This document shows positions 1 through 11,861 of a DNA stretch of 60,207 nt, piece by piece. The notes under the pieces are model-generated. The model had not been told where the DNA came from. It made no database searches and was given only the letters and a program-made list of their open reading frames with translations. The stretch lies in assembly GCA_032718475.1 (NCBI GenBank), contig JAUCBJ010006761.1:1-60207 (forward strand). The letters run 5' to 3'. Numbering within the stretch: the stretch's first letter is position 1; each line of letters starts with the position of its first letter. Both the position numbers and the translations under genes were made by a program. Source of the DNA: Nemertoderma westbladi. Lineage: Eukaryota > Animalia > Xenacoelomorpha.

Positions 1-97
1 AGACAAACTGACAGAAAGACAGACAGACTTCAGAAATTCATGAATTAGACTTGGGCACTTGGGGATTTGAATAATTTCCAGTTAGGTACTGAAAGGG
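1..97. mobile_element. Probable right end of a piggyBac-like element
   Basis: GTACTGAAAGGG (86-97) is followed by TTAA (98-101), resembling the AAAGGG-TTAA end of the piggyBac at 21007; the other end is outside the window. Confidence 0.4.
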
Positions 98-171
98 TTA
101 AAAGCTAACAAAAGCTAGGTTCACCCAGCATTCACCAACCGCACCGCTTAACCGTAGACCGAGACCCGCAT

Positions 172-310
172 ATAAAACGGAGTATTGAACAACTGACTAT
201 ATTAAACGGAGTATCTAATAGCTAAAACAACTGACTTTTCAACAGAGTATCTAAAAGCTAAAACAACTGACTATATTAAACGGAGTATCTAAAAGCTAAA
301 ACAACTAATA
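172..310. repeat. Short tandem repeat, ~38-bp unit
   Basis: AAACGGAGTATCTAAAAGCTAAAACAACTGACTATATT repeated about 3.5 times with variants. Confidence 0.75.
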
Positions 311-580
311 TACAAATATAACTAATAAATAAATATAACTAATATACAAATAGCTACCCAACAGTGAAATATTTCCACAAAATATTCGAGAACACAAAAT
401 CATTTTAACATTGAATAAGGCAGCATCAGGAGTTGAAGAGTACAATAATTTGAATCGCAGTAACAATGGAAGCAATATAGTAAAATAATACAGTTAAATT
501 TATTTTGTAGCACTATATCGCTCTATATTTTATTAACGAATTAAGCAACAAAAAAGTACCAATTTAAGAATACAATTACG

Positions 581-716
581 TATTACATGGGGAAAAAGAC
601 GTAGAACATTTTTTTTTCAATATTCTCTCGACCCTTTATTAACCTCGCTGGCGCTCGGTAAATAAAATGCCTTGAGAATAATGAAAAAAAATTCTACTTT
701 TTTTACCATGTAATAA
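581..716. mobile_element. Palindromic MITE-like element
   Basis: TATTACATGG..AAAAA..GTAGAA versus TTCTAC..TTTTT..CCATGTAATA; central CTCGCTGGCGCTCGG motif. Confidence 0.55.
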
Positions 717-859
717 ATAATTATTTTGTAGCACCAATTCACATCCCCTGTGTCGGGATCAAGTGTAGTTATTTCGCGTTCGCGGATCTGAGCTGTGATG
801 GCCCGCTTTGTTGACTTCTTTCGACCCCGTAGAGTAGCCTCGGCGACAAACTCACCAAT

Positions 860-2808
860 AATTTCTAATTATGCAATGCTCCTAGGTCACTCCTACCAAA
901 TTTCAGATGGAATCTGATGGTTGGTTCTACAATTACACAGCTACAGTACCTTTACGATTCTGTCAATTCGCCCCCCCCCCCCCCCCCCCTAGCGGCAGAC
1001 AGGGGAACTTTAAAGTCTGTCTGAATTTAGAATTTCTAAATAAGCAATGCTTGTAGGTGTAGGTCACTCTTACCAAATTTCAAGAAGATATATCAACCAT
1101 ACATAAAATTATGTTCAAACAAAAATAATGCATTATTAAAACTTTTATTATTTTAGTTTGGTTAACTGTGGTAATTACATTGCAAGTCTTACAATTCATA
1201 TTACTATTCATGTCATTTTTTGAGAAAGTTTGACTGGCCCATTTGTTTCAAAATTGATTTATTAAATTAAATGAACGGGAAAAGGGCCACCTTTACTATC
1301 ATAAAGAATGAGATGATTTACATTAGGGCCACAAATATACATCTTTTACAGTGGCCTTTTGCATCCAAATTGATCTTACCAATAAACTGAGATGAAAAAG
1401 GGCCAGAATGAAATACAATGAGCTTAACAGCATTAGGGCCATACTGTAGCGCCATGGAGATATTTATGGACAAGGCTCTTTAGAGCTAGAACATAGTAAC
1501 GAATAACGACCATAAGAACTATAAAAGTCCGTCTAGGCATAGAATTTATAATTATGCAATTCTCCTTGTTCACTCCTACCAAATTTCAGATGGAATCTGA
1601 TGGTTGGTTCTATAATTACACAGCTACTTCTACGATTCTGTCAATTCGCCCGCCTAGCGGCAGACAGGGGAACTTTAAAGTCTGTCTGTGTGTATAATTT
1701 CTACTTAAGCAACGGCGATAACTGCCCGATGAAGACATGGGAACTTGAAAGTCTAACCGTACAGTACATAAAATATGTTCAAACAAAAATAATGTTTATT
1801 AAAATCTACATTATTTTAGTTTTAGGTTAACTGAGGTAAATATTACATTGCAAGTCTTACAAATCATGTTACTATTCATGTCATTTTTTGAGAAAGTTTG
1901 ACTGGCCCATTTGATTCAAAATTGATTTAATAAATTAAATGAACGGGACAAGGGCCACCTTTACTATCATAAAGAATGAGATGATTTACATTAGGGCCAC
2001 AAATATACATCTTTTACAGTGGCCTTTTGCATCCAAATTGATCTTACCAATAAACTGAGATGAAAAAGGGCCAGAATGAAATACAATGAGCTTAACAGCA
2101 TTAGGGCCATACTGTAGCGCCATGGAGATATTTATGGACAAGGCTCTTTAGAGCTAGAACATAGTAACGAATAACGACCATAAGAACTATAAAAGTCCGT
2201 CTAGGCATAGAATTTATAATTATGCAATTCTCCTTGTTCACTCCTACCAAATTTCAGATGGAATCTGATGGTTGGTTCTATAATTACACAGCTACTTCTA
2301 CGATTCTGTCAATTCGCCCGCCTAGCGGCAGACAGGGGAACTTTAAAGTCTGTCTGTGTGTATAATTTCTACTTAAGCAACGGCGATAACTGCCCGTTGA
2401 AGACATGGGAACTTGAAAGTCTAACCGTACAGTACATAAAATATGTTCAAACAAAAATAATGTTTATTAAAATCTACATTATTTTAGTTTTAGGTTAACT
2501 GAGGTAAATATTACATTGCAAGTCTTACAAATCATGTTACTATTCATGTCATTTTTTGAGAAAGTTTGACTGGCCCATTTGATTCAAAATTGATTTATTA
2601 AATTAAATGAACGGGACAAGGGCCACCTTTACTATCATAAAGAATGAGATGATTTACATTAGGGCCACAAATATACATCTTTTACAGTGGCCTTTTGCAT
2701 CCAAATTGATCTTACCAATAAACTGAGATGAAAAAGGGCCAGAATGAAATACAATGAGCTTAACAGCATTAGGGCCATACTGTAGCGCCATGGAGATATT
2801 TATGGACA
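860..2808. repeat. ~668-bp tandem array, left part (about 3 units)
   Basis: Near-identical 76-aa ORFs at 1600 and 2268 (offset 668); units near-identical. Confidence 0.95.
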
Positions 2809-4343
2809 CGTTCGTGGGGACTTCGCGCAGCACGAGGCCTAGTTATTATATACAAATTAAAATGCAGCGACTGTATCACAAAATCAGGTTTTGAGAAATT
2901 TACCCACACCACCAATCAATCAAAGAAAGGTGGACAGTACGTGTTCACCCCTTTTAATCTCCCCCCCCCCCCCCCCACCCTTCCCAACCACCAATACATA
3001 ACCGCGACATCTACCACCCACGGAAGGGTAGCACGAACTTATTTCCAATCGCACGTTAAATATGCAAAGCCAGGTCGTTTATAGGAATATAATAAACGCA
3101 GTACTCGTTTTCATTATAAGCCTCTTTGCGTTCGTCCTGTTTTGTATTTAAATATATTTCTTAAACGCAAGCTAGGACGATCTTTATAATAATAATAACT
3201 AGGGATGCGATCAATATGTGAAGCCAGGTGGTTTATATAATAATTTAGTCAACGCAGTACTCGTCTTCATTATATGCCTCGTTGCGCTCGTCGCTTGTCC
3301 TGTTTTGTCATAAAATATTTTTCCTAAACGCAGACTGACGATCTTTATACAGTTATAACTATGCGAAGTTTCGAAACTGTGCGAGTAACTGTTGATACAT
3401 CTATGTGGAGATGTGTGATACAACGCCAACGCATCTTATGCCGATGTAGTAATATGGGTATTGAAATAATATATTAAATCAATGTACACTCTTAAAGCTG
3501 CAGCGAAAAAATGTAGCTAATTTCCTAGGTTACATATAAAATAATAATATTATTTTTAAGAACATTAATTTTACTACTTTGCAAAAATTCAAGTAAAAAA
3601 TAACCAGACATATACATTGTGGAATAAACTATTTCAGAAGCCTACAACAGCCATGCCATGGATTGTATTTATGTTATTATATCTGTCATTTAACTGAGAT
3701 AGCAATAGTAGTAATAGTCGAACGGTTATGCGGCCCGTCCAGCCTATAATAAACACAATTCAGTGATTGGGCTGGAATAGCAATACTGGTTGCCTCTATT
3801 ACAATTCCTCTCAGGTTAGTCTACAGCCACAACTCCCAGCAGCTAGCTCCACACCAGCAGAGACTTGACCAATAATGGGAAGGATTAAATTTGTACTCAA
3901 TAATTGTGCGGTTTAATTACGTTTAGATCAATTAAAGACACATTTATTAAAGCAAATCACTTAAACTAATTAAAAACTATAATAGAATGGCGTATGGGGA
4001 TTATATCTGTATAATTTTTAAGTATAATTATTTAAATCTTATACTGTAAAACAATTAATTTCCTTTAAAAGGCAGGTTGAAAATGGCGTTTTCACCGCAA
4101 TCAACTTAATTAACTAATTAACTGCTATTATCTTAGCTTCTCGAAGGCCACACGGAAATTCTACTTGGAAAATTTCTAAACTTTTGCCAAACAACATGTG
4201 TACCAAGTTTGGATAGATTTCATCAAAGATTGGCCGAGTTATTAACGTTTAAAATTGAACACGACAGAACGACAGAACGACAGAACGACAGGTTGATTAA
4301 TGGTACCACTACGCTAAGGCTCACTCACTTCGTGGCTCGCCCC
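2809..4343 (+). mobile_element. Non-autonomous element flanked by ACA direct repeats (copy 1)
   Basis: Interrupts a 668-bp unit at TATGG-ACA-AGGCTC (empty site visible in neighbouring units); ACA at 2806-2808 and 4344-4346; ends CGTTCGTGGGGACTTCGCGCAGCACG and CTTCGTGGCTCGCCCC are shared with the 57992-59258 element. Confidence 0.85.
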
Positions 4344-6270
4344 ACAAGGCTCTTTAGAGCTAGAACATAGTAACGAATAACGACCATAAGAACTATAAAA
4401 GTCCGTCTAGGCATAGAATTTATAATTATGCAATTCTCCTTGTTCACTCCTATCAAATTTCAGATGGAATCTGATGGTTGGTTCTATAATTACACAGCTA
4501 CTTCTAAGTTTCTGTCAATTCGCCTCCCTAGCGGCAGACAGGTGCACTTTAAAGTCTGTCTGTGTGTATAATTTCTACTTAAGCAACGGCGATAACTGCC
4601 CGTTGAAGACATGGAAACTTGAAAGTCTAACCGTACAGTACATAAAATATGTTCAAACAAAAATAATGTTTATTAAAATCTACATTATTTTAGTTTTAGG
4701 TTAACTGAGGTAAATATTACATTGCAAGTCTTACAAATCATGTTACTATTCATGTCATTTTTTGAGAAAGTTTGACTGGCCCATTTCATTCAAAATTGAT
4801 TTAATAAATTAAATGAACGGGAAAAGGGCCACCTTTACAATCATAAAGAATGAGATGATTTACATTAGGGCCACAAATATACATCTTTTACAGTGGCCTT
4901 TTGCATCCAAATTGATCTTACCAATAAACTGAGATGAAAAAGGGCCAGAATGAAATACAATGAGCTTAACAGCATTAGGGTAGGGCCATACTGTAGCGCC
5001 ATGGAGATATTTATGGACAAGGCTCTTTAGAGCTAGAACATAGTAACGAATAACGACCATAAGAACTATAAAAGTCCGTCTAGGCATAGAATTTATAATT
5101 ATGCAATTCTCCTTGTTCACTCATACCAAATTTCAGATGGAATCTGATGGTTGGTTCTATAATTACACAGCTACTTCTACGATTCTGTCAATTCGCCCGC
5201 CTAGCGGCAGACAGGGGAACTTTAAAGTCTGTCTGTGTGTATAATTTCAACTGAAGCAACGGCGATAACTGCCCGTTGAAGACATGGGAACTTGAAAGTC
5301 TAACCGTACAGTACATAAAATATGTTCAAACAAAAATAATGTTTATTAAAATCTACATTATTTTAGTTTTAGGTTAACTGAGGTAAATATTACATTGCAA
5401 GTCTTACAAATCATGTTACTATTCATGTCATTTTTTGAGAAAGTTTGACTGGCCCATTTGATTCAAAATTGATTTATTAAATTAAATGAACGGGACAAGG
5501 GCCACCTTTACTATCATAAAGAATGAGATGATTTACATTAGGGCCACAAATATACATCTTTTACAGTGGCCTTTTGCATCCAAATTGATCTTACCAATAA
5601 ACTGAGCTGAAAAAGGGCCAGAATGAAATACAATGAGCTTAACAGCATTAGGGCCATACTGTAGCGCCATGGAGATATTTATGGACAAGGCTCTTTAGAG
5701 CTAGAACATAGTAACGAATAACGACCATAAGAACTATAAAAGTCCGTCTAGGCATAGAATTTATAATTATGCAATTCTCCTTGTTCACTCCTACCAAATT
5801 TCAGATGGAATCTGATGGTTGGTTCTATAATTACACAGCTACTTCTACGATTCTGTCAATACGCCCCCCTAGCGGCAGACAGGGGAACTTTAAAGTCTGT
5901 CTGAATTTAGAATTTCTAAATAAGCAATGCTTGTAGGTGTAGGTCACTCTTACCAAATTTCAAGAAGATATATCAACCATACATAAAATTATGTTCAAAC
6001 AAAAATAATGCATTATTAAAACTTTTATTATTTTAGTTTGGTTAACTGTGGTAATTACATTGCAAGTCTTACAATTCATGTTACTATTCATGTCATTTTT
6101 TGAGAAAGTTTGACTGGCCCATTTGATTCAAAATTGATTTATTAAATTAAATGAACGGGAAAAGGGCCACCTTTACTATCATAAAGAATGAGATGATTTA
6201 CATTAGGGCCACAAATATACATCATTTACAGTGGCCCATTTGCATCCAAATTGATCTTACAAATAAACTG
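4344..6270. repeat. ~668-bp tandem array, right part (about 3 units)
   Basis: Same unit resumes after the insertion; ORF copy at 4474. Confidence 0.95.
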
Positions 6271-6544
6271 AACTGTAAGAATGAAGAGAAATAAGATAGG
6301 GCCATTGAGTTATATAGGTACACTATACCTACATATCTCACTTTATAGATATATAAGTTGGCCCTTTCGCTCGTTTTTTCATCTTTATGTATGTATATTA
6401 AAATGGTATATGTAGGAACATATATACACGAGATATGTAGATATACTAATGGCCCTTTTTACTTCCATTCAGTGTTATATAGGTACATAATACCCTTCAT
6501 TTCAAAGATACATATCTATGGCCCTTTAGGCCGAACGTACATAT

Positions 6545-9500
6545 ATATATATATATAGTAGGCCTATAATGAATACCGGTATACAGCTTACACTTATAGT
6601 ATATAAGTATAATTCTGGATTAGAATTAATTACAGAGTACCGGTATGATTTCAGCTCAAATTTATAGAAATAAATATAATAAGCCTATGGTAAGTACCGG
6701 TATGTCAATTATTTTTAGAATAATTGAATTTCTGAATATTTTGGGGTTACTTCGTTACTTTAACTTACTTTATTACCGTTATTTAAGCAGTAGTCCAACT
6801 GACAGTGAGACCTAGTCGTTGTATGGCAGGCCTACTATTTATAAATCGTTTGAGTTGATTTATAATAGATATATACCCGTTTAAAAGGGTTTTTGACAAT
6901 GTTTGAAATAAATGTTATTATTTCTGGGGAAGTCACTACACAGAAGCTGAACGCTTCTCAGTGAAGTGCTATTTATTTGACACTAAAACTGATAATTCTA
7001 ATTTACCTAAGTTACTTAATACTACAAATTACTTACGATACGGGTGAGATTAATTCTCTAATTAAACACAACAAAATATTACGTACGAAATTTTTAGGGT
7101 AATTTTACAGGAAGTCTACAAACCAGTCCAACAAAGGGTTAGATTTCTGGCTATTACAAAGGACAGGGTACTACGGTATTTGAAATAATAAGTAGTAGTA
7201 AATATATTGTACTGTCCAGATAGGAAAATACCACCGCCTGACGACCTATAACCGTATCGCTATAGGTACAACGTTATGTATCACGGATTGTTCCTACCCA
7301 GAAGTTAATAGAGCTAACGAATGTGCCTATCAACCACTTTACAACACAAAAATACTGCCTACACTAATTACTTCGGAAGGCACTGTACACTAAACCCTAA
7401 ATTAGGTACAAGTACCGGTATAACAAATAATCAGTAGTTAAATATACTTGAACAGTTAAAAGAACCACGGCATCTGCTGGAGTGACCGAAGCACAAAGTC
7501 GTCAGTCTTTACCTACGCCAAGCAGCCCTGATGTAGTACCGGGGTTAGTTTAACTATAACGGTATGTATAACAAGCACAATTACTGTAGGAATAAACTTG
7601 GGGACATGAATGTTGCGAATAATCGCATAAACTCTGAATAATAAATATTACGCTACCCGTACAGAATACTCAAACAAATACAAACCAAACGCTGGCGGAC
7701 TACTATCAAGCCTAAACAAACTACTGTATGTGCAGATTCTGAAACTGTTAGTTAGTATGCGTGCTAACACGGTAGTACGACTTACTCTTTAAGAGGGGAT
7801 TGACCTTACAGTGTTGACTGCCCCAACTTACTAACGGCGCTTGATCAGACCAACTCTACACACGCAGCAATCCCTTCAGACCCAAAAATAGCTAGACAAC
7901 AATCCAGCCTACAAAATATTTGAGTAATAACTATTACGGTACCTGAACAGACCACACAAACAAACACAGGCTAAAACACTGGCAGACTACGATCAAGCCT
8001 AAATAAACTACAGTATATGCAGACTCTGAAACTGTTAGTTAGTATGCGTGCTAACACGGTAGTACGACTTACTCTTTAAGAGGGGATTGACCTTACAGTG
8101 TTGACTGCCCCAACTTACTAACGGCACTTTATCAGACAAACTCTACACACGCCGTAATCTCTCCAAACCCAACCACAGTCAGACAGCAGCTCAGCCTACA
8201 ATTATCTGAACAATCTGAGCAGGGTCACACGCCTTCTGCTCAATATTAGCCTACTAGGAAATAAAACTGACAGAAATAAGTAAGCTCCAAAAGAAACAAG
8301 GGGTGTACAGTCCCTAATCTCTTAAACAGCCTACCGGTATACAATAATCAAAATCGAATAATACTAAAAGTACTTGTACAGCAGTACCGGTACCGGTGAT
8401 GACAGTTAGGCCTACTGACCTACAAAGTACCGGTTCAGTTTTACCAGTCACTACGGTATTTTGCAACCCTATTGCCTACTGCAATAAGATTGTAAACCGT
8501 TACTGTTCGCCAGAACAGTATTAAACTGTATTTAATGCCTACACTTGCAACCTTATTGCTTACTGCAATAAGATTATTAAACTGTTACTGTTCGCGCTTT
8601 CGAAGACCTTTAGCAGTTTAACCTGCCAAAATTTATATGTCTTTTCGTTAATTAAAACCACTTTAGCATACGACAATAATTTATGCTAATACGCAAAACA
8701 TTAGCCGAAGTCAGCCCATGCGCGATCATTCACCCGATGGATCTACACCCGGGAGACTGAATTCGGATGCTTGAATTGTATTATTACAGTGTAAGGTTGC
8801 AGTGTATACCTAATGTATTATTCGATAGATCGTTAATAATTAATCTCTGACAGATATTATTGGCTTTCGGGAAATATTAACAGTTCCTTTAGGACGTGGC
8901 GCTTTACCTATTTAAACAGAACTAAGACTTATACTAAACGCAACGATACTGCTGCTGATTAAAGTATAAAACGTATTCTTTAGGAAATACTTTGTTACCA
9001 ATCACAATCATACACACTATTCTGCCGACAGTCAGTATATTTGATCACACATAAAGAGAGCAGTAATTGACTCGCGTAGGGTCTGCTAAATAACATTGGA
9101 TTCAATACACACCACATTAATATAAATCGCAATTGTTATATATAGCCGGTCTCTCTAACCTGTAGTGTTATCAAGAAAATTGGGAATTGGGTGATTTATC
9201 CGTATTATCCAAATAGCAATATTTCCATCAACAAATATTTACAATTAATAACTGACGGTAAAATAACAGTACAAACAATATGATTAATGCAATTAAATTA
9301 AGTGAGTATGTTAATTAAGATTGATCAATTAGCGGTGCGAAGATTCGATTCGGTAACAGTTTATACTTTCGATAATTCAAGCAGTTCTGCAGTTCACGGT
9401 ACAGCAGTATCTATCCAAAAATGCCGGTGTTTCTGGCTTAGACAGCAATAACAACAAAAGTAACAACTCTCTCTCTCAGGTAACAACTCTCTCCCTTATG

Positions 9501-9663
9501 ATCGGCAGGAAAGCTACACGTCGACAGGAAAAACCGCCCTGATTGGCCCAAGCCAAACAAAGAACCACGCTGCCAATGGCTGTTTCCATGTCAGCAACCA
9601 GCTGCTAGATGTCGTAATATGAATCATCACGGCTAAGCTGTGAAAGGTGGTTTGTGCATTACA
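6545..9663 (-). mobile_element. Partial copy (5' LTR plus ~2-kb leader) of the BEL/Pao-type element, diverged subfamily
   Basis: Reverse complement of ~34955-37775; LTR 3' end (TGTTCGCG on +) at 8589; likely LTR start (CATTACA on +) at 9663; no gag sequence follows. Confidence 0.9.
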
Positions 9664-9856
9664 AGTTTTTGTCTTACCATGTCCGCTAAAACACGTATAT
9701 AGCAGAATGATTTTTATGTCCGTTAAAACACCTGTAAAGGTACCTTGCGGGCGAGGGGAATATATCTACAGTTAGAAAACCTTTTAGAGTATTCCAGCGC
9801 CTGTGGGGAAACTGGATTGCGAAGCAAAAGGGGCCAGTTATATCCCACAGAAGCTT

Positions 9857-11527
9857 TTACACCTTCCGCCAACCCTGTCTGCATGTCTAGCCATTGGTTG
9901 ATTACCTTCCGCCAACCTTGTCTGCATGGCTAGCCGTTGGTTGACTACCTTCCACCAACCCTGTCTGCATGGCTAGCCGTTGGTTGATTACCTTCCACCA
10001 ACCTTGTCTGCATGTCTAGCTGTTGGTTGATTACCTTCCCCCAACCTCGTCTGCATGGCTAGCCATTGGTTGATTACCTTCCGACACCACCTCGTCTGCA
10101 TGTCTAGCCTTAGGTTGATTTGATTACCTTCCGCCAACCTCGTCTGCATGGCTAGCTGTTGGTTGATTACCTTCCGCCAACCTCATCTGCCTGGCTAGCT
10201 GTTGGTTGTTTACCTTCTGCCAACCTTGTCTGCATGGCTAGCCGTTGGTTGATTACCTTCCACCGACCCTGTCTGCATGGCTAGCCGTTGGTTGATTACC
10301 TTCCACCGACCCTGTTTGCATGGCTAGCCGTTGTTTGTTTACCTTCCGCCAACCCTGTCTGCATGGCTAGCCGTTGGTTGAATACCTTCCACCAACCTTG
10401 TCTGCATGTCTAGCCGTTGGTTGATTACCTTCCTCCAACCTTGTCTACATGTCTAGCCGTTGGTTGTTTACCTTCCGCCAACCTTGTCTACATGTCTAGC
10501 CGTTGGTTGATTACCTTCCGCCAACCTTATCTGTTTGCATGGCTAGCCGTTGTTTGTTTACCTTCTGCCAACCTTGTCTGCATGGCTAGCCGTTGGTTGA
10601 TTACCTTCCACCGACCCTGTCTGCATGGCTAGCCGTTGGTTGATTACCTTCCACCGACCCTGTTTGCATGGCTAGCCGTTGGTTGATTACCTTCCACCAA
10701 CCTTGTCTGCATGGCTAGCCGTTGGTTGAGATTACCTTCCGCCAACCTTGTCTGCATGGCTAGCCGTTGGTTGATTACCTTCCGCCGACCTTATCTGTTT
10801 GCATGGCTAGCCGTTGTTTGTTTACCTTCCGCCAACCTTGTCTGCATGGCTAGCCGTTGGTTGATTACCTTCCGCCAACCTTGTCTACATGTCTAGCCGT
10901 TGGTTGTTTACCTTCCGCCAACCTTGTCTACATGTCTAGCCGTTGGTTGATTACCTTCCGCCGACCTTATCTGTTTGCATGGCTAGCCGTTGTTTGTTTA
11001 CCTTCTGCCAACCTTGTCTGCATGGCTAGCCGTTGGTTGATTACCTTCCGCCGACCTTATCTGTTTGCATGGCTAGCCGTTGTTTGTTTACCTTCCGCCA
11101 ACCTTGTCTGCATGGCTAGCCGTTGGTTGATTACCTTCCGCCAACCTCGTCTTCATGGCTAGCCGTTGGTTGATTACCTTCCGCCAACCTCGTCTGCATG
11201 GCTAGCCATTGGTTGATTACCTTCCGCCAACCTCGTCTGCATGGCTAGCCGTCGGTTGATTTCCTTCCACCAACCTTGTCTGCATGGCTAGCCGTTGGTT
11301 GATTACCTTCCGCCAACCTCGTCTGCATGGCTAGCCATTGGTTGATTACCTTCCGCCAACCTCGTCTGCATGGCTAGCCGTCGGTTGATTTCCTTCCACC
11401 AACCTTGTCTGCATGGCTAGCCGTTGGTTGATTACCTTCCCCGACCTTGTCTGCATGGCTAGCGGTTGGTTGATTACCTTCCCCGACCTTGTCTGCATAG
11501 CTAGTCATTGGTTGATTAACTTCCGCC
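9857..11527. repeat. 43-bp minisatellite, ~38 copies
   Basis: Unit TTACCTTCCGCCAACCTTGTCTGCATGGCTAGCCGTTGGTTGA, head to tail with no spacers. Confidence 0.95.
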
Positions 11528-11861
11528 TAATTTTGTTTCACCGTTAACAGGTCTTCATCCGCGTTAGGTAACATAACCCTGATAGAGGGGGTACATTATT
11601 TACTATTCTATTTCATAGATACATACCAAATGGTGCCCTAAGCACTGTAGTAGCCATTAATGACTCTTAGGTTGACATGGTGATTAATGGAACATGGTGT
11701 CTAAATAGGATAACTACTGAGAGTAATTAATATTAACATTAAATTATATTTGATTAAATGAATTATATTTTGTAATTATTGCCAAAAACCCAACTACTGT
11801 AAAAACATAATGCGAAAATAATAATATAATTTTCCTTATTAATTTAAACAATTTTACAAAG

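Noticed and set aside
735-856. Possible coding fragment on the - strand (GEFVAEATLRGRKK...)
   Set aside because: Too short, bounded by repeats, no identifiable family
1720-1766. Hammerhead-like CCGATGAAGAC...GTCTAAC in the 668-bp unit
   Set aside because: Lacks both CUGA and a correctly placed GAAA; other units read CCGTTGAAG
1600-1830. Repeated 76-aa ORF in the 668-bp unit as a gene family
   Set aside because: No recognisable domain, and it is broken in other units (stop near 5252, variant segment in the first and last units)
9857-11527. CRISPR-like array or repeat-protein ORFs
   Set aside because: Contiguous 43-bp units without unique spacers, no cas genes, eukaryotic context; the ORFs are repeat artefacts
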